Below, piece after piece: positions 20,201 through 32,874 of a stretch of 46,787 bases of DNA (its first letter is position 1; each line of letters starts with the position of its first letter). Made by a program: the position numbers and the translations under genes. Under the pieces are notes generated by a model, which was not told the origin of the DNA, did no database searches, and was given only the letters and a program-made list of their open reading frames with translations. The stretch lies in the sequence record SRR22947725_501; one strand, 5' to 3'.

Positions 20201-20968
20201 GAGCAGCTTGAGAGCTCTGAAGGAAAAGATCCTGGAGTTATTAAAGGTGTTAAAGTTTATATCGCTGCTAAGCGTAAGCTTTCAGTTGGTGATAAAATGG
20301 CCGGTCGTCACGGTAATAAAGGTATTGTTTCAAATATCGTACCTATCGCTGACTTACCATTCCAGAAAGATGGTACTGCTGTAGATATTATTCTGAATCC
20401 ACTCGGTGTTCCATCACGTATGAATGTCGGTCAGATTCTTGAAACGCACTTAGGTTGGGCTGCTAAAAAGCTTGGCTTTAACATCGCGTCTCCTGTTTTT
20501 GATGGTGTTCCTGAAGCTAAAATCCGTGAACTTCTTGTTGAAGCTGGTTTGCCAGAAGATGGTAAAGCTGAATTATTTGATGGTCGTACTGGTGAGCGCT
20601 TCGCTCAAAGAGTTACTGTCGGTCAGATTTATATGCTTAAACTCGATCACTTGGTTGTTAATAAGATTCACGCACGTGCCGTTGGACCTTACTCATTAGT
20701 GACTCAGCAGCCACTTGGTGGTAAAGCTCAGCACGGTGGACAGCGTTTCGGTGAAATGGAAGTTTGGGCCCTAGAAGCATATGGTGCCGCTTATACACTT
20801 CAGGAAATGTTAACTGTTAAGTCAGATGACGTCGTCGGTAGAACTAAGATTTACGAATCAATCGTTAGAGGCGACAATACTCTTGTTGCAGGAATTCCTG
20901 AGTCCTTCAATGTACTCATGAAGGAAATGCAGAGTCTCTGTCTCGATGTAAGAGTTAAGCGCGGGTAA
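17207..20968 (+). CDS. rpoB: RNA polymerase beta subunit
   Basis: SQLSQFMDQ, ETPEGPNIG, GDKMAGRHGNKG, GGQRFGEME. Start placed at ATG 17207 (TTG 17201 also possible) after GAGG, not at 17147. Confidence 0.99.
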   Translation: MSKRVNYGRLPDVIDIPDLISVQLDSFFEFLQSGVKEEERTDSGLQEAFAEVFPIESFDKNCMLNFVSYELGIPKKSMIDCLKDGETYAVPLHVTFRLENKAATDAKGEIIEDRVYMGDIPMMTDRATFVINGAERVIISQLHRTPGICFESSKSTQGRTLYSYRIIPDRGSWMEVQYDNSDLMYIYLDRRRRRRKFLVSTFLRALAYETNRELLDVVYGIDKDSIAALNKKENLSDLYAIEDVLNAEGDIVAKALEPLSPVILDALKEMGIKKLEYVDTEILGNTFILALERDPSTDSDEALKTIYSKMRPGDPPSTANAKQLLKRLFFDLKHYDLGYVGRYKINQKLKISVDPSERTLQPEDVVAATKYVMKLKTKKGRVDDIDHLGSRRVRTVGELVQNQIRVGLARTERLIRERMTLFDMESDTMTPAKLINPKALQSVVRDFFGRSQLSQFMDQTNPLAELTAKRRLSALGPGGLSRERAGFEVRDVHSSHYGRICPIETPEGPNIGLISSLAIFGKVNPFGFIETPYRKVIDGKVSEEIEYVTADAEEDFVVAQANAVLNEDKGFDGTFVLSRSEGDSGDFESEIITHMDVSPKQLVSPATSCIPFLEHDDANRALMGSNMQRQAVPLLCAESPLVGTGMEAVVAKDSRAVVCARQDGIVASATSTKIIITADGTLPADEDEIESDSIYELYKFMRSNSSTCMNQKPIVKAGDAVSKGDVLADGFATQGGELALGRNVLVAFMPWCGYNFEDAIIISERIVHDDVYTSVHIAESSIQARDTKLGPEEITRDTPNVGEEALRNLGPEGVIRLGAEVGPGDILVGKITPKSETELAPEERLLRAIFGDKAADVKDSSLYTPSGVSGVVMDIRVERKIDPTKIKVSQADIKRQVKEANSNYKVQYQEFLDDLADKLGSILLGSKLPVDIVSEEEGTSTVIIPANRKITKVLLRKLASHHDTYSLPEGPAKDQIDEVMKSFNLRLKDIKLRHQESIEQLESSEGKDPGVIKGVKVYIAAKRKLSVGDKMAGRHGNKGIVSNIVPIADLPFQKDGTAVDIILNPLGVPSRMNVGQILETHLGWAAKKLGFNIASPVFDGVPEAKIRELLVEAGLPEDGKAELFDGRTGERFAQRVTVGQIYMLKLDHLVVNKIHARAVGPYSLVTQQPLGGKAQHGGQRFGEMEVWALEAYGAAYTLQEMLTVKSDDVVGRTKIYESIVRGDNTLVAGIPESFNVLMKEMQSLCLDVRVKRG

Positions 20969-20986
20969 TTAGGAGGAGAAGAAAAA

Positions 20987-23900
20987 ATGGATACGACTCT
21001 TGTCAAACAAATGATCGGTGCTGAAAGTGGAAGTAATTTTTCACAAGTAACTATCGGTCTTGCTTCTCCAGAAGTAATTACTTCATGGAGCCGAGGGGAA
21101 ATTAAAAACCCTGAAACAATTAATTACCGTACATTCAAGCCAGAAAAAGGTGGTTTGTTCTGTGAAAGAATTTTTGGACCTACTAAGGACTGGGAATGTA
21201 ATTGCGGTAAATATAAAAGAATTAAACATAAAGGTATTGTCTGTGACCGTTGTGGTGTTGAGGTAACTCAATCACGCGTTCGTCGTGAGCGTATGGGTCA
21301 CATTGATCTAGCAGTACCTGTATCACATATCTGGTTCTTCAAATGTATGCCTAGTCGACTTGGTCTTGTTCTTGACATGACTGCTCGTGCTCTTGAGCGT
21401 ATCATTTATTACGAAGATTGGATTGTGATCGATGCTGGAGATACACCTCTTCAAGTTAAGCAGATTTTGACAGATGTCGAATACCGCGAAGCTCAAGAGA
21501 TGTATGGCGATTCATTCCAAGCTGGAATGGGTGCGACAGCAGTTAAAGAATTATTGAAGCAAGTAGACCCAGAAGCATTACTTGAACAGTTAGCAGCAGA
21601 AATGGCCGCAACTAGAAGTAAAGCTAACCATAAGAAGATTGCTAAAAGAATGCGTCTTATGGAAGGTTTCATGCAGAATGGCACTCTACCTGAGTGGATG
21701 ATTATTGAGACTTTACCGGTAATTCCTCCGGATCTTCGTCCTCTAGTTCCTCTTGAAGGTGGTCGCTTTGCAACTTCTGACTTAAATGACCTTTACAGAC
21801 GTGTTATTAACCGTAATAATCGTTTGAAAAACTTACTTCACCTACGTACTCCAGAAGTCATTATCCGCAACGAGAAGCGTATGCTTCAGGAGGCTGTTGA
21901 TGCACTTCTTGATAATGGTCGTCATGGCCGTGCTGTAACAGGCGCTGGTAATAGACAATTGAAGTCACTTTGTGATATGTTGAAAGGTAAGTCTGGTCGT
22001 TTCCGTCAAAACTTACTTGGTAAGCGTGTTGATTACTCTGGTCGTTCTGTCATTGTTGTAGGGCCAGAACTCAAACTTCACCAGTGTGGTCTTCCAAAGC
22101 AGATGGCTCTTATTCTTTTCGAACCATTTATTATTCGTAGACTTAAAGAGCAGGGTGTTGTGCACACTGTTCGTAGTGCTAAGAAAATGATTGAAAGAGG
22201 CGCAACTGAAGTTTGGGATGTTCTTGAAGAAGTGACTAAAGGTCACCCGGTTATGCTTAACCGTGCTCCTACTCTTCACCGTTTGTCTATTCAGGCTTTT
22301 GACCCTGTTTTGATTGAAGGTAAAGCTATTCGTGTTCACCCGCTAGTTTGTGCTGCTTATAATGCAGACTTCGATGGTGACCAGATGGCGGTACACGTAC
22401 CACTATCAAATGAAGCACAAATGGAAGCTAAGCTTCTAATGCTTTCACCAAATAATATTTTCTCACCAGCTAATGGTAAGCCGCTTTGTACACCAACTCA
22501 GGATATGATTCTTGGTTGTTACTTCATGTCTTACTGGAATTCTAAGAATGACAGAGTTAAGCCGGAAGAATGTACAGCCTACAATGATGTGACTGAAGTT
22601 CTATGGGCAATGGATACCGGTATTGTTGGTATTCACGATGTTATTCGTTTTAGAAATCCTGATTTCGGTCAAGATACCCCATGGGGCGAAAAGACTGAGA
22701 AGTATATTTTGACAACACCTGGTCGTTGTATTTTCTGGGAAGTTTGGCCAAACGAAATGGGTTTCAATAATAAGCTTGTTACTAAGAAGACTCTTGGTTC
22801 ACTTATTAGTCAGTGTCACGAATTCCTAGGCCGTGACCGAACGGTTGAGACTCTTGATGGTCTTAAGACTCTCGGTTTCAAATATGCAACTAAATCAGGT
22901 TTCTCAGTTGCGACTGTAGATATGATTATTTCTCAAGAGAAGAACGATGTCGTTGCTCTCGCTGAAAAAGAAATTGATGAAGTTCGTGGGCAGTTCACAA
23001 ACGGTGTGATTACAGATCGTGAAAGATACAATAAATGTATCGATATCTGGACTCATGCAAATACTCAAGTTGCAGCTCATACCTTTAAGACAATTGAACA
23101 CAATATGGGTCTTGACGAAATTAACTCTGTATGGGCCATGCTTGACTCTGGTGCAAGGGGTTCAAAGGATCAGATTCGTCAGTTGGCTGGTATGCGTGGT
23201 CTTATGGCTAAGCCGTCCGGTGAAATTATCGAACGTCCAATTAAGTCAAACTTCCGTGAAGGTCTAACAGTACTTGAATACTTTATTAGTTCACACGGTG
23301 CTCGTAAAGGTCTAGCGGATACAGCTCTTAAGACTGCTGACTCAGGTTACATGACTCGTAAGCTTGTTGACGTCGCTCAAGATGTTATTTGTACAATCGA
23401 AGACTGTGAAACTACAAAAGGTATCTGGGTTAAGGCTATTCGCGAAGGCGATGATGATATGTTGCCACTTGTTGACCGTATTGTCGGTAGAATGAGTGTT
23501 GATGATATTCATGATCCACTGAGTAAAGACAAGAATGACCTTCTTGTTGCTGCTAACCAAGAGATCAGAAAAGAAATTGCCGATGCAATTGTTGATCGCG
23601 GTATTGAAAGTGTTCACATTCGTTCAGTTCTTACTTGTGAAGCAGATGAAGGTGTTTGCTCGACTTGTTATGGCCGTATGCTTGCAGATGATGCACCAGC
23701 AAAAGAAGGTGATGCCATTGGTATTATCGCTGCTCAATCTATCGGTGAGCCTGGTACACAGTTGACAATGCGTACTTTCCACGTTGGTGGTGTCGCTACG
23801 ACTACATTTAAGAAACCAGTGCTTAAGTCTAAGTACGCTGGTAAGATTCGCCTCATCGATGCTCGTACAGTTGAGCAGGAAGATGGTACTCTAGTTGTTA

Positions 23901-25141
23901 TTAATAAGAGTGGTAAAATCGTTATTGAGAATAGCGATGGAATTCACCTTGAGAGTAATGACCTTGTTACTGGTACTGTTGTTTCAAAGAAAGATGGCGC
24001 CAAAGTTAAAGCTGGCGAAATCTATGCTAAGTGGGATCCGCACAATGTTCCAATTATTACCGAAAATGGCGGTAAGGTTGAATTCCGCGATCTTGTTGAA
24101 GGTGTAACACTCAGTCGTGAAGTTAAAACAACTGGTGAACAAGATATCGTTGTTCTTGAACACCGCGATGACCTTCACCCGCAATTAGCAATTGTTGATG
24201 GTGCTGGTGAGATTATTTCTCATTATTCACTACCAGCCGGTGCTCACATTATGATTAATGAAGGCGATGAAGTAGTTGCTGGTGAGTTCCTCGCGAGAAT
24301 TCCACGTCAGAGTGCGAGAACAAAAGATATTACTGGTGGTTTACCACGTGTAGCTGAATTATTTGAAGCACGTAAGCCTAAAGAGCCTGCTTACATTTCG
24401 AAGATTGACGGTCTCGTTGAGTTCGGTAAGCAAAGCAAAGGTAAGCAGTTAGTTATTATTCGTGATCCAGAAACAGGAACAACAGAAGAACAGTTAATCC
24501 CGACTAACCGTCGTATCACAGTCCTTAACGGTGACTTCGTTAAGAAAGGTATTTCATTGACTGATGGTGCTGTTGTTCTTCAGGATATGCTTGAAGTTTG
24601 TGGTCCGCAAGAGTTGCAAGAGTATCTCGTTAACGAGGTACAGGAAGTTTATCGACTTCAGGGTGTTGAGATCAATGATAAGCACGTTGAGGTTATCGTT
24701 CGTCAAATGCTCCGTAAAGTTAGAATTTCTGACTCAGGTACGACTAAGTTCCTGACTGGTGAGCAAGTCGATAAGAAGAACTTCCAAGTTGAGAATGACA
24801 GAGTTGTTGCCGAAGGCGGTCAGCCGGCTGAAGGTCAATCTGTTCTTCTCGGTATTACGAAAGCATCGCTTGAAACAGAAAGTTTCATTTCAGCGGCTTC
24901 GTTCCAGGATACGACAAGAATCTTGACAGATGCTGCCACTCTTGGTAAAGCAGATGTTCTTAAAGGATTCAAAGAAAATGTTATTATGGGTCACTTGATT
25001 CCTGCTGGTACAGGTATTGAACTTCTTAGAGGAATGCGCGTTGTCAAAGACGGTGTAGCTCATGAAGAAGAGAAGAAAAGTGACGAAGAAAATCAAAGCG
25101 ATAAGCTTGCTTCAGCTAAAGCAATGCTGTCTCTAGATTAA
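20987..25141 (+). CDS. rpoC: RNA polymerase beta' subunit
   Basis: Zn finger CNCGKYK...[34 protein letters not shown]. Confidence 0.99.
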   Translation: MDTTLVKQMIGAESGSNFSQVTIGLASPEVITSWSRGEIKNPETINYRTFKPEKGGLFCERIFGPTKDWECNCGKYKRIKHKGIVCDRCGVEVTQSRVRRERMGHIDLAVPVSHIWFFKCMPSRLGLVLDMTARALERIIYYEDWIVIDAGDTPLQVKQILTDVEYREAQEMYGDSFQAGMGATAVKELLKQVDPEALLEQLAAEMAATRSKANHKKIAKRMRLMEGFMQNGTLPEWMIIETLPVIPPDLRPLVPLEGGRFATSDLNDLYRRVINRNNRLKNLLHLRTPEVIIRNEKRMLQEAVDALLDNGRHGRAVTGAGNRQLKSLCDMLKGKSGRFRQNLLGKRVDYSGRSVIVVGPELKLHQCGLPKQMALILFEPFIIRRLKEQGVVHTVRSAKKMIERGATEVWDVLEEVTKGHPVMLNRAPTLHRLSIQAFDPVLIEGKAIRVHPLVCAAYNADFDGDQMAVHVPLSNEAQMEAKLLMLSPNNIFSPANGKPLCTPTQDMILGCYFMSYWNSKNDRVKPEECTAYNDVTEVLWAMDTGIVGIHDVIRFRNPDFGQDTPWGEKTEKYILTTPGRCIFWEVWPNEMGFNNKLVTKKTLGSLISQCHEFLGRDRTVETLDGLKTLGFKYATKSGFSVATVDMIISQEKNDVVALAEKEIDEVRGQFTNGVITDRERYNKCIDIWTHANTQVAAHTFKTIEHNMGLDEINSVWAMLDSGARGSKDQIRQLAGMRGLMAKPSGEIIERPIKSNFREGLTVLEYFISSHGARKGLADTALKTADSGYMTRKLVDVAQDVICTIEDCETTKGIWVKAIREGDDDMLPLVDRIVGRMSVDDIHDPLSKDKNDLLVAANQEIRKEIADAIVDRGIESVHIRSVLTCEADEGVCSTCYGRMLADDAPAKEGDAIGIIAAQSIGEPGTQLTMRTFHVGGVATTTFKKPVLKSKYAGKIRLIDARTVEQEDGTLVVINKSGKIVIENSDGIHLESNDLVTGTVVSKKDGAKVKAGEIYAKWDPHNVPIITENGGKVEFRDLVEGVTLSREVKTTGEQDIVVLEHRDDLHPQLAIVDGAGEIISHYSLPAGAHIMINEGDEVVAGEFLARIPRQSARTKDITGGLPRVAELFEARKPKEPAYISKIDGLVEFGKQSKGKQLVIIRDPETGTTEEQLIPTNRRITVLNGDFVKKGISLTDGAVVLQDMLEVCGPQELQEYLVNEVQEVYRLQGVEINDKHVEVIVRQMLRKVRISDSGTTKFLTGEQVDKKNFQVENDRVVAEGGQPAEGQSVLLGITKASLETESFISAASFQDTTRILTDAATLGKADVLKGFKENVIMGHLIPAGTGIELLRGMRVVKDGVAHEEEKKSDEENQSDKLASAKAMLSLD

Positions 25142-25147
25142 AGAATG

Positions 25148-25207
25148 AAAAAGTCCTTTAGTTAACTTGCAATGAAAACATGTTAAGTTAAACTAGGGGA
25201 CTTTTTT
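25148..25207 (+). terminator. long hairpin terminator after rpoC, overlapping a predicted rpsL promoter
   Basis: AAAAAGTCC...GGACTTTTTT imperfect inverted repeat spanning ~60 nt; contains TTGCAA(25167)-N16-TAAACT(25189). Confidence 0.6.
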
Positions 25208-25241
25208 GAAAATTAGATGATGTTGATATTAAGGAAATTTT

Positions 25242-25619
25242 ATGCCAACTATTAATCAACTGGTTAGAAAGGGCCGCGGAAAGAAAACCCGCAAGTCCAA
25301 ATCCAGAGCTCTTGATAAATGTCCACAGAGACGTGGCGTTTGTATTCAGGTGACTACAAGAACACCTAAAAAACCAAACTCAGCTTTACGTAAAGTTGCC
25401 AGAGTTCGCTTGACGAACGGTGAAGAAGTGAATGCCTATATCGGCGGTGAAGGTCATAACCTTCAGGAGCACAGTGTTGTTCTCGTCCGCGGTGGTCGTG
25501 TTCGTGACCTTCCTGGTGTACGTTACCACCTTGTCCGTGGTGCGCTTGACTCTCTCGGTGTAGATAAGAGAGGCCAAGGTCGTTCTAAGTATGGCGCTAA
25601 GAAGCCTAAGAAGGGCTAA
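25242..25619 (+). CDS. rpsL: 30S ribosomal protein S12
   Basis: [32 protein letters not shown]. Confidence 0.99.
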   Translation: MPTINQLVRKGRGKKTRKSKSRALDKCPQRRGVCIQVTTRTPKKPNSALRKVARVRLTNGEEVNAYIGGEGHNLQEHSVVLVRGGRVRDLPGVRYHLVRGALDSLGVDKRGQGRSKYGAKKPKKG

Positions 25620-25627
25620 GGAATATT

Positions 25628-26098
25628 ATGAGAAAGAAAAGAGCCCCAAAACGCGAAGTTTTTCCTGATTCACGCTTCAATAGTGAATTGATGACTAGAT
25701 TGATCAATATGGTCATGTCTGATGGTAAAAAAGCTACCGCAGAGAAAGTAGTTTACAAAGCAATGGATGAAGTTGCTAAGAAAGTTAAAGATGCAGAGCC
25801 TTTAGAAGTTTTCTTCCAGGCACTTGAGAATATCAAGCCTCAGGTTCAAGTTAAGTCTCGCCGCGTTGGTGGTGCAACTTATCAGGTTCCAGTTGAAGTT
25901 GCTCCAGAAAGACAAATGGCTTTGGCTATGAGATGGTTGATCTCATACTCAAGAGGGCGCAAAGGTAAAGCAATGCACCTAAGTCTGTCTAATGAGTTAG
26001 CAGATGCTTACAATAATACTGGTAGTGCTGTTAAGAAGAAAGACGACACACACCGTATGGCAGCAGCTAATAAAGCTTTCGCACATTACCGCTGGTAA
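25628..26098 (+). CDS. rpsG: 30S ribosomal protein S7
   Basis: SRRVGGATYQVP, HRMAAANKAFAHYRW. Confidence 0.99.
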   Translation: MRKKRAPKREVFPDSRFNSELMTRLINMVMSDGKKATAEKVVYKAMDEVAKKVKDAEPLEVFFQALENIKPQVQVKSRRVGGATYQVPVEVAPERQMALAMRWLISYSRGRKGKAMHLSLSNELADAYNNTGSAVKKKDDTHRMAAANKAFAHYRW

Positions 26099-26132
26099 TT
26101 TGCCCTAGTTTTAGATAGAGGTTTGTCCACTA

Positions 26133-28199
26133 ATGAGCAAAGAATTAGCAGTTAGAGATATTCCTCTTGACCAGGTTAGAAATATCGGTATCATGGCTCA
26201 CATTGATGCCGGTAAGACAACCACGACTGAAAGAATTTTATATTACACTGGTGTAAACCATAAAATAGGTGAAGTTCACGATGGCGCAGCCACCATGGAC
26301 TGGATGGAGTACGAGCAGCAACGCGGTATTACCATAACGAGCGCAGCTACCACCTGTTATTGGCATGAAAAACGAATCAACATCATCGACACACCAGGTC
26401 ATGTAGATTTCACTATAGAAGTCGAAAGATCATTAAGAGTTTTAGACGGAGCGGTCGCAGTCTACTGTGCAGTAGGCGGTGTTCAGCCCCAGTCAGAAAC
26501 AGTTTGGCGGCAGGCACGTAAATATGACGTGCCTGCCGTTGCTTTTATCAACAAGATGGATCGCGTTGGCGCCGATGTTGAAAAAGTAATTGAAGATATC
26601 CGCACTAAACTACAGGCCAACCCTGTTCTCCTACAATTACCCATTGGTTGTGAAGATACCTTTTCCGGCGTTATTGATCTGGTTAAGATGAAAGCTTATA
26701 CATATGAAGATGATAAGGGTGTGACCGTTGTAGAGCAGGATATACCCGCCGATATGCAAGAAGATGCCGAGTTAGCTCAGTTAACTATGGTTGAGGGTTT
26801 AGCAGATCACGACGAAGAGATTGCTGAATCATTCCTTATGGATGAAATACCAGACGAAGCAACTTTGAAAGCAGCAATTCGCAATTTGACTTTATCCAAT
26901 ACAATTGTCCCGGTTTTATGTGGCACAGCCTTCAAGAATAAAGGAGTTCAGACTCTACTTGATGCAGTAGTCGATTACTTGCCAAGTCCATCAGATGTTG
27001 GTGGTGTTACTGGTAAGCATCCAAAGACAAATGCTGAAATTATTCACGAAGCAAATGATGATGAGCCGACGACGGCTTTAGCGTTTAAGATTTTTTCTGA
27101 TAAATATGTCGATCGCCTTACTTATGTTAGAATTTATTCTGGCATCATTAAAAAAGGTATGACTCTTCATAATCCACGTTCTGGTAAGAAAGAGCGCATT
27201 GGTAAAATACTCCGTATGTATGCCAATAAACAAGATGAAGTCAACGAAGCTTTCGCGGGTGAAATCGTCGCTTTGGTCGGTGTTAAACTTGCCAAGACGG
27301 GTGATACTCTTTGTCAGCAAGATAAACCGATTGTTTTAGAACATATGATTTTTCCCGATCCGGTTATTTCTATTGTTATTGAGCCTAAATCAAAAGCAGA
27401 TAAAGATAAACTTGAAGGTGGTTTAAAGTCTTTAACAGATGAAGATCCAACTTTCCAGGTTTCAGAAAATGAAGAGACTGGTCAGACATTGATCTCTGGT
27501 ATGGGTGAACTTCACTTGGAGATTATTAATGAAAGACTTGTTAAAGAATTTAATGTAGCAGCGAATACCGGTCGACCAATGGTTGCTTACCGCGAAGCTA
27601 TTACTCAAGATGCCGAAGGAACTGAAGAGTTCTTAAGAGAGCATGGCGGTAAAAGACTTTACGCCAAAATTATCTTGCGCATTGAGTCTAAGCCTCGTGG
27701 TTACGGAGTGACCGTTGAAAGTAAAATCCCAGAAGGTCAGATTCCAAAAGATTTTGAAGCGGCAGCAATTCAAGCCGTTTACAATCAGGCAAAAACTGGT
27801 GTGATTCACGGTTATTCTTTGATCGACTTTCACTGTGAATTGATTGGCGCCGAGGCGTCAGCAACCGATTCGACAGAAGCTACTTTTCAGGCGGCAGCCT
27901 CGATTGCATTGAGAAATGCAGTTCAGCAAGCAGCCGTTATTGTCCTTGAGCCGATTATGAAGTTGGAGATTGAATCTCCAGAGGAAAATACCGGCGATGT
28001 TATCGGCGATATATCAAGTCGTCGAGGACATGTTGTAGAAATGAAAAGTGATGGTATAGTTGCGCGCATTAAGGCCAATGTGCCTATGGCGAAACTATTC
28101 CGCTATACAACAGATTTGCGCTCCATGACCAAAGGTCGTGCAGTTGCAACTATTGAGCCGTCTCACTTCGAAGAAGTAAGCGGTAATATAAATGAGTAA
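26133..28199 (+). CDS. fusA: elongation factor G (domain IV divergent)
   Basis: [34 protein letters not shown]; str-operon position. Confidence 0.93.
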   Translation: MSKELAVRDIPLDQVRNIGIMAHIDAGKTTTTERILYYTGVNHKIGEVHDGAATMDWMEYEQQRGITITSAATTCYWHEKRINIIDTPGHVDFTIEVERSLRVLDGAVAVYCAVGGVQPQSETVWRQARKYDVPAVAFINKMDRVGADVEKVIEDIRTKLQANPVLLQLPIGCEDTFSGVIDLVKMKAYTYEDDKGVTVVEQDIPADMQEDAELAQLTMVEGLADHDEEIAESFLMDEIPDEATLKAAIRNLTLSNTIVPVLCGTAFKNKGVQTLLDAVVDYLPSPSDVGGVTGKHPKTNAEIIHEANDDEPTTALAFKIFSDKYVDRLTYVRIYSGIIKKGMTLHNPRSGKKERIGKILRMYANKQDEVNEAFAGEIVALVGVKLAKTGDTLCQQDKPIVLEHMIFPDPVISIVIEPKSKADKDKLEGGLKSLTDEDPTFQVSENEETGQTLISGMGELHLEIINERLVKEFNVAANTGRPMVAYREAITQDAEGTEEFLREHGGKRLYAKIILRIESKPRGYGVTVESKIPEGQIPKDFEAAAIQAVYNQAKTGVIHGYSLIDFHCELIGAEASATDSTEATFQAAASIALRNAVQQAAVIVLEPIMKLEIESPEENTGDVIGDISSRRGHVVEMKSDGIVARIKANVPMAKLFRYTTDLRSMTKGRAVATIEPSHFEEVSGNINE

Positions 28200-28222
28200 T
28201 AAATAATAAGGTATAAACCAAA

Positions 28223-28534
28223 ATGGCTAATAAACAGACCATTAGAATTAGACTACAGGCCTATGACCATAGAGTTCTTGATCAGTCTGCTGGCGAGATC
28301 GTCAGAACTGTGAAGCGCTCAGGTGCTAGAGTCGCCGGTCCTATTCCTCTGCCTACTCGTATTGAACGTTTCAGTGTAAACCGTTCTCCGATGGGTGATA
28401 AAAAGTCAATGGAGCAGTTCGAAATCAGAACTCACAAGAGACTTTTAGACATAGTTGATCCGACTCCGAAAAGTGTTGATGAATTGAAAAAACTGAATCT
28501 ACCGGCTGGCGTAGATATCACAGTTAAAATTTAA
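28223..28534 (+). CDS. rpsJ: 30S ribosomal protein S10
   Basis: [28 protein letters not shown]. Confidence 0.98.
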   Translation: MANKQTIRIRLQAYDHRVLDQSAGEIVRTVKRSGARVAGPIPLPTRIERFSVNRSPMGDKKSMEQFEIRTHKRLLDIVDPTPKSVDELKKLNLPAGVDITVKI

Positions 28535-28545
28535 CGGAGTTGGAA

Positions 28546-29178
28546 ATGGCTGGTTTAATTGGAAAAAAACTTGGTATGACCCAGGTTTATGATGAGAACG
28601 GTAAAGTCGTTCCTGTAACAGTTATACAAGCGGGCCCTTGTCCTGTACTCGATATTCGTACACAGGACAGTCACGGTTACTCCGCTTTACAGATTGGTTT
28701 CGGTAAGAAAAAAGCTAAGAATGTTTCTAAAGCAGTTCTTGGTCACCTCAACAAATCTGGTAACGCAGAGAACCCTCCCGCATTAATTAAAGAAATTCGC
28801 TTAACAGAAGACCCATCAGAAGAGCTCGGTCAAGCATTGACTGTAGACGCTTTCGAAGCTGGTTCATTTGTTGACGTTACTGGTACTTCTAAAGGTAAAG
28901 GTTTCCAAGGTGTAGTTAAACGCTATAACTTTGGTGGTGGTCGCGCATCTCACGGTGGTGACTGGACTAGAAAGCCTGGTTCTATCGGTATGTGTGAATT
29001 CCCAGGTAAAGTCTACAAAGGTAGAAAGATGCCAGGCCACACAGGTAGCGTTCAGCGTACAATCATGGGTCTTAAGGTCGTTTCAGTACGTCCAGAAGAC
29101 AACGTAGTTCTTGTTAAAGGTGCCGTTCCAGGGCACAAGGGCGGAATTGTAGTACTCCGCACTGCCAAGAAGAAATAA
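28546..29178 (+). CDS. rplC: 50S ribosomal protein L3
   Basis: GKKLGMTQ, SKGKGFQG, KGAVPG; ATG 28546 after GGAG. Confidence 0.98.
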   Translation: MAGLIGKKLGMTQVYDENGKVVPVTVIQAGPCPVLDIRTQDSHGYSALQIGFGKKKAKNVSKAVLGHLNKSGNAENPPALIKEIRLTEDPSEELGQALTVDAFEAGSFVDVTGTSKGKGFQGVVKRYNFGGGRASHGGDWTRKPGSIGMCEFPGKVYKGRKMPGHTGSVQRTIMGLKVVSVRPEDNVVLVKGAVPGHKGGIVVLRTAKKK

Positions 29179-29196
29179 GCGAAAAGGATTTAGACA

Positions 29197-29847
29197 ATGA
29201 GTAATAGTGTCAAAGTTTTCGATAAGTCTGGCAGTGCCGCTGGTGAGCTCGAGCTACAAGATAAGTGGCTTGAAAGAGAAAAAGGCGAGCAAGCAGTTCA
29301 TGAAGCTGTTGTTGCCTACCTCGCGGGTCTCCGTGCCGGTACAGCAAAGACGAAAACACGTAGTGAAGTTCGCGGTGGCGGTAAGAAGCCATTTAGACAG
29401 AAAGGTACTGGCCGTGCACGTGCTGGTTCAACCCGTAGTCCGATTTGGCGCGGTGGTGGTGTCATTTTTGGCCCTAACCCTCGTTCATATGCGAAGTCAG
29501 TCAATAAAAAAGTTAGAAGATTAGCTGTTCGTCATGCTCTTGCAGAAAGACTTGATGCCGGTGAAATCACTGTTATCGAAGAATTTTCTTTTGATGCACC
29601 TAAAACTAAGAATGCTGCAGATTTCCTTAAAACGATTGATGCAACTAATAGACCAGTAGTAATCGTTAGCGATAAAGTTATGGATGACAACAGTAACAAT
29701 GTTTACTTGTCTTTCAGAAACGTCGCTGGTTGTTCTATTGTCGGTGCCGGATGGGTTAATGCCTTCATTTTACTAAGTGGTAAAAAAATCGTTATTACTA
29801 AGGAAGCTCTCGAGCAACTTGGTGAGCGTATTGCCAAGGAGAATTAA
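29197..29847 (+). CDS. rplD: 50S ribosomal protein L4
   Basis: [24 protein letters not shown]. Confidence 0.98.
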   Translation: MSNSVKVFDKSGSAAGELELQDKWLEREKGEQAVHEAVVAYLAGLRAGTAKTKTRSEVRGGGKKPFRQKGTGRARAGSTRSPIWRGGGVIFGPNPRSYAKSVNKKVRRLAVRHALAERLDAGEITVIEEFSFDAPKTKNAADFLKTIDATNRPVVIVSDKVMDDNSNNVYLSFRNVAGCSIVGAGWVNAFILLSGKKIVITKEALEQLGERIAKEN

Positions 29848-29848
29848 G

Positions 29849-30133
29849 ATGAACGATCCATATGCAGTCATTAAAACAGTCGTACTTTCAGAGAAGAGTA
29901 ACACTCTTACTGAAGAAAAGAACAAGTATACTTTTAAAGTAGACAAATCTGCGACTAAGATTGATATCGCTCGTGCGGTAAAAGCTATTTGGGGTGTTGC
30001 ACCTAAAAGTGTTAACACAATCAATTGTCAAGGCAAGAAGAAGCGTCAGCGCACTAAGTTTGCAGGAAGATCTGCAGCTTACAAAAAAGCTGTTGTTACT
30101 CTTAAGCCAGAAGACAGCATCGAAATCTATTAA
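29849..30133 (+). CDS. rplW: 50S ribosomal protein L23
   Basis: SEKS, YTFKV, ATKIDI, KKAVVTL; ATG 29849 after AGGAG (the ORF-track start 29777 lies inside rplD). Confidence 0.95.
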   Translation: MNDPYAVIKTVVLSEKSNTLTEEKNKYTFKVDKSATKIDIARAVKAIWGVAPKSVNTINCQGKKKRQRTKFAGRSAAYKKAVVTLKPEDSIEIY

Positions 30134-30153
30134 TTTCTCTAGAGGTTTTTAAA

Positions 30154-30981
30154 ATGGGTTTAAAAAGTTATAAACCAACCACTCCCTCATTGAGGAATAT
30201 GGTTACAAGTGACTACTCTGAGGTGACTCGTTCAACTCCGGAAAAGTCTCTTACTAAAGGTAAGAAAAGCACTGGTGGTCGTAACAACCAGGGCCGTATT
30301 ACTACTCGTTTCCGCGGTGGTGGTGTCAAGCGTAGTTATCGTCAGATTGACTTTAAGCGCAACAAAGACGGTATCCCTGCAAAAGTTGCACATATCGAAT
30401 ACGATCCAAACCGTACTTCAAGAATCGCTCTTCTGCATTATGCAGATGGTGAGAAGCGTTATATCCTCGCTCCGGAAGGTGTCGAACAGGGTGCTGTTCT
30501 TCTCAATGGCGATACTGCTGATCCAAAAGTTGGTAACTGCATGACTCTTGACAGAATCCCACAGGGTATGTCAGTTCACGCTATCGAGCTTATTCCACAG
30601 CAAGGTGCTGTTATTGCCAGATCTGCTGGTCAGTATGCGACACTTCGTGGTAAGACTGACAAATACGCTCAGTTAAAGCTATCTAGTGGTGAAGTTCGTC
30701 TAGTTAACCTTAAGTGTCGTGCGACTATCGGCGCTGTTGGTAACTCTGAGTTCTCTAAACTTAAGGTTGGTAAAGCTGGTAAGAAGCGTTACCAAGGCAA
30801 GCGTCCACACGTTCGTGGTGTCGCAATGAACCCGGTCGATCACCCAATGGGTGGTGGTGAAGGTCGTACTTCTGGTGGTTCTCACCCAGTATCTCCTTGG
30901 GGTCAGCTTTCTAAAGGTAAGAAGACTCGTAATCCAAGAAAGTCTACTAAGATGATCGTTGAAAAGAGGAAGAGACGCTAA
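30154..30981 (+). CDS. rplB: 50S ribosomal protein L2
   Basis: [33 protein letters not shown]. Confidence 0.99.
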   Translation: MGLKSYKPTTPSLRNMVTSDYSEVTRSTPEKSLTKGKKSTGGRNNQGRITTRFRGGGVKRSYRQIDFKRNKDGIPAKVAHIEYDPNRTSRIALLHYADGEKRYILAPEGVEQGAVLLNGDTADPKVGNCMTLDRIPQGMSVHAIELIPQQGAVIARSAGQYATLRGKTDKYAQLKLSSGEVRLVNLKCRATIGAVGNSEFSKLKVGKAGKKRYQGKRPHVRGVAMNPVDHPMGGGEGRTSGGSHPVSPWGQLSKGKKTRNPRKSTKMIVEKRKRR

Positions 30982-31250
30982 TGTCACGTTCTATTAAAAA
31001 AGGTCCATTCGTGGACGATCACTTGATGAAGAAGGTCACAGCGGCTAATTCATCAGGTAATAAGAAGCCAATCAAAACTTGGTCTCGTAGATCCCTCATT
31101 CTCCCTGATTTTGTTGGATTGAACTTCCAAGTTCACAATGGCAAAGAGTTTGCAGATGTTTTTGTAACTGACAATATGGTCGGTCACAAACTCGGTGAAT
31201 TTGCTGTAACTCGTGCGTTCAGAACTCACGGTGTTATGTCTGGTAAATAA
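30981..31250 (+). CDS. rpsS: 30S ribosomal protein S19
   Basis: [30 protein letters not shown]. Confidence 0.98.
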   Translation: MSRSIKKGPFVDDHLMKKVTAANSSGNKKPIKTWSRRSLILPDFVGLNFQVHNGKEFADVFVTDNMVGHKLGEFAVTRAFRTHGVMSGK

Positions 31251-31273
31251 GCTTATTTACTTGTTCATAATTT

Positions 31274-31307
31274 AAAAAAAGGCGGATCTTTATGATCCGC
31301 CTTTTTT
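31274..31307 (+). terminator. strong intrinsic terminator after rpsS
   Basis: A7-GGCGGATC-TTTAT-GATCCGCC-T6. Confidence 0.9.
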
Positions 31308-31369
31308 GTTTTAAAAGAAGGGCCGGCTTTAAGTATTAAGCTAATTCGCTCTTACCCAATCTCCAACAA

Positions 31370-31397
31370 TTGAAACTGCCTGAGTAGAGGGTAGAAT
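31370..31397 (+). promoter_or_regulatory. promoter of purB
   Basis: TTGAAA-N16-TAGAAT, then an AGGAG SD before ATG 31442. Confidence 0.55.
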
Positions 31398-31441
31398 AGG
31401 GGACTTTTTGAAATGGAAACCCCACCAGGAGAGACAGATAA

Positions 31442-32800
<1,359 letters not shown>

Positions 32801-32874
32801 AACGTGCGCTTTTCGAAAAAGCCAATGAGAGATAGGGAGTTCTTAGTGGATTCCCTAACTAAATCGGAGCTTTT

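Noticed and set aside
32833-32857. Hairpin after purB as a terminator
   Set aside because: A stem is present (TAGGGAGTTC/GGATTCCCTA) but there is no U tract; its role cannot be assigned
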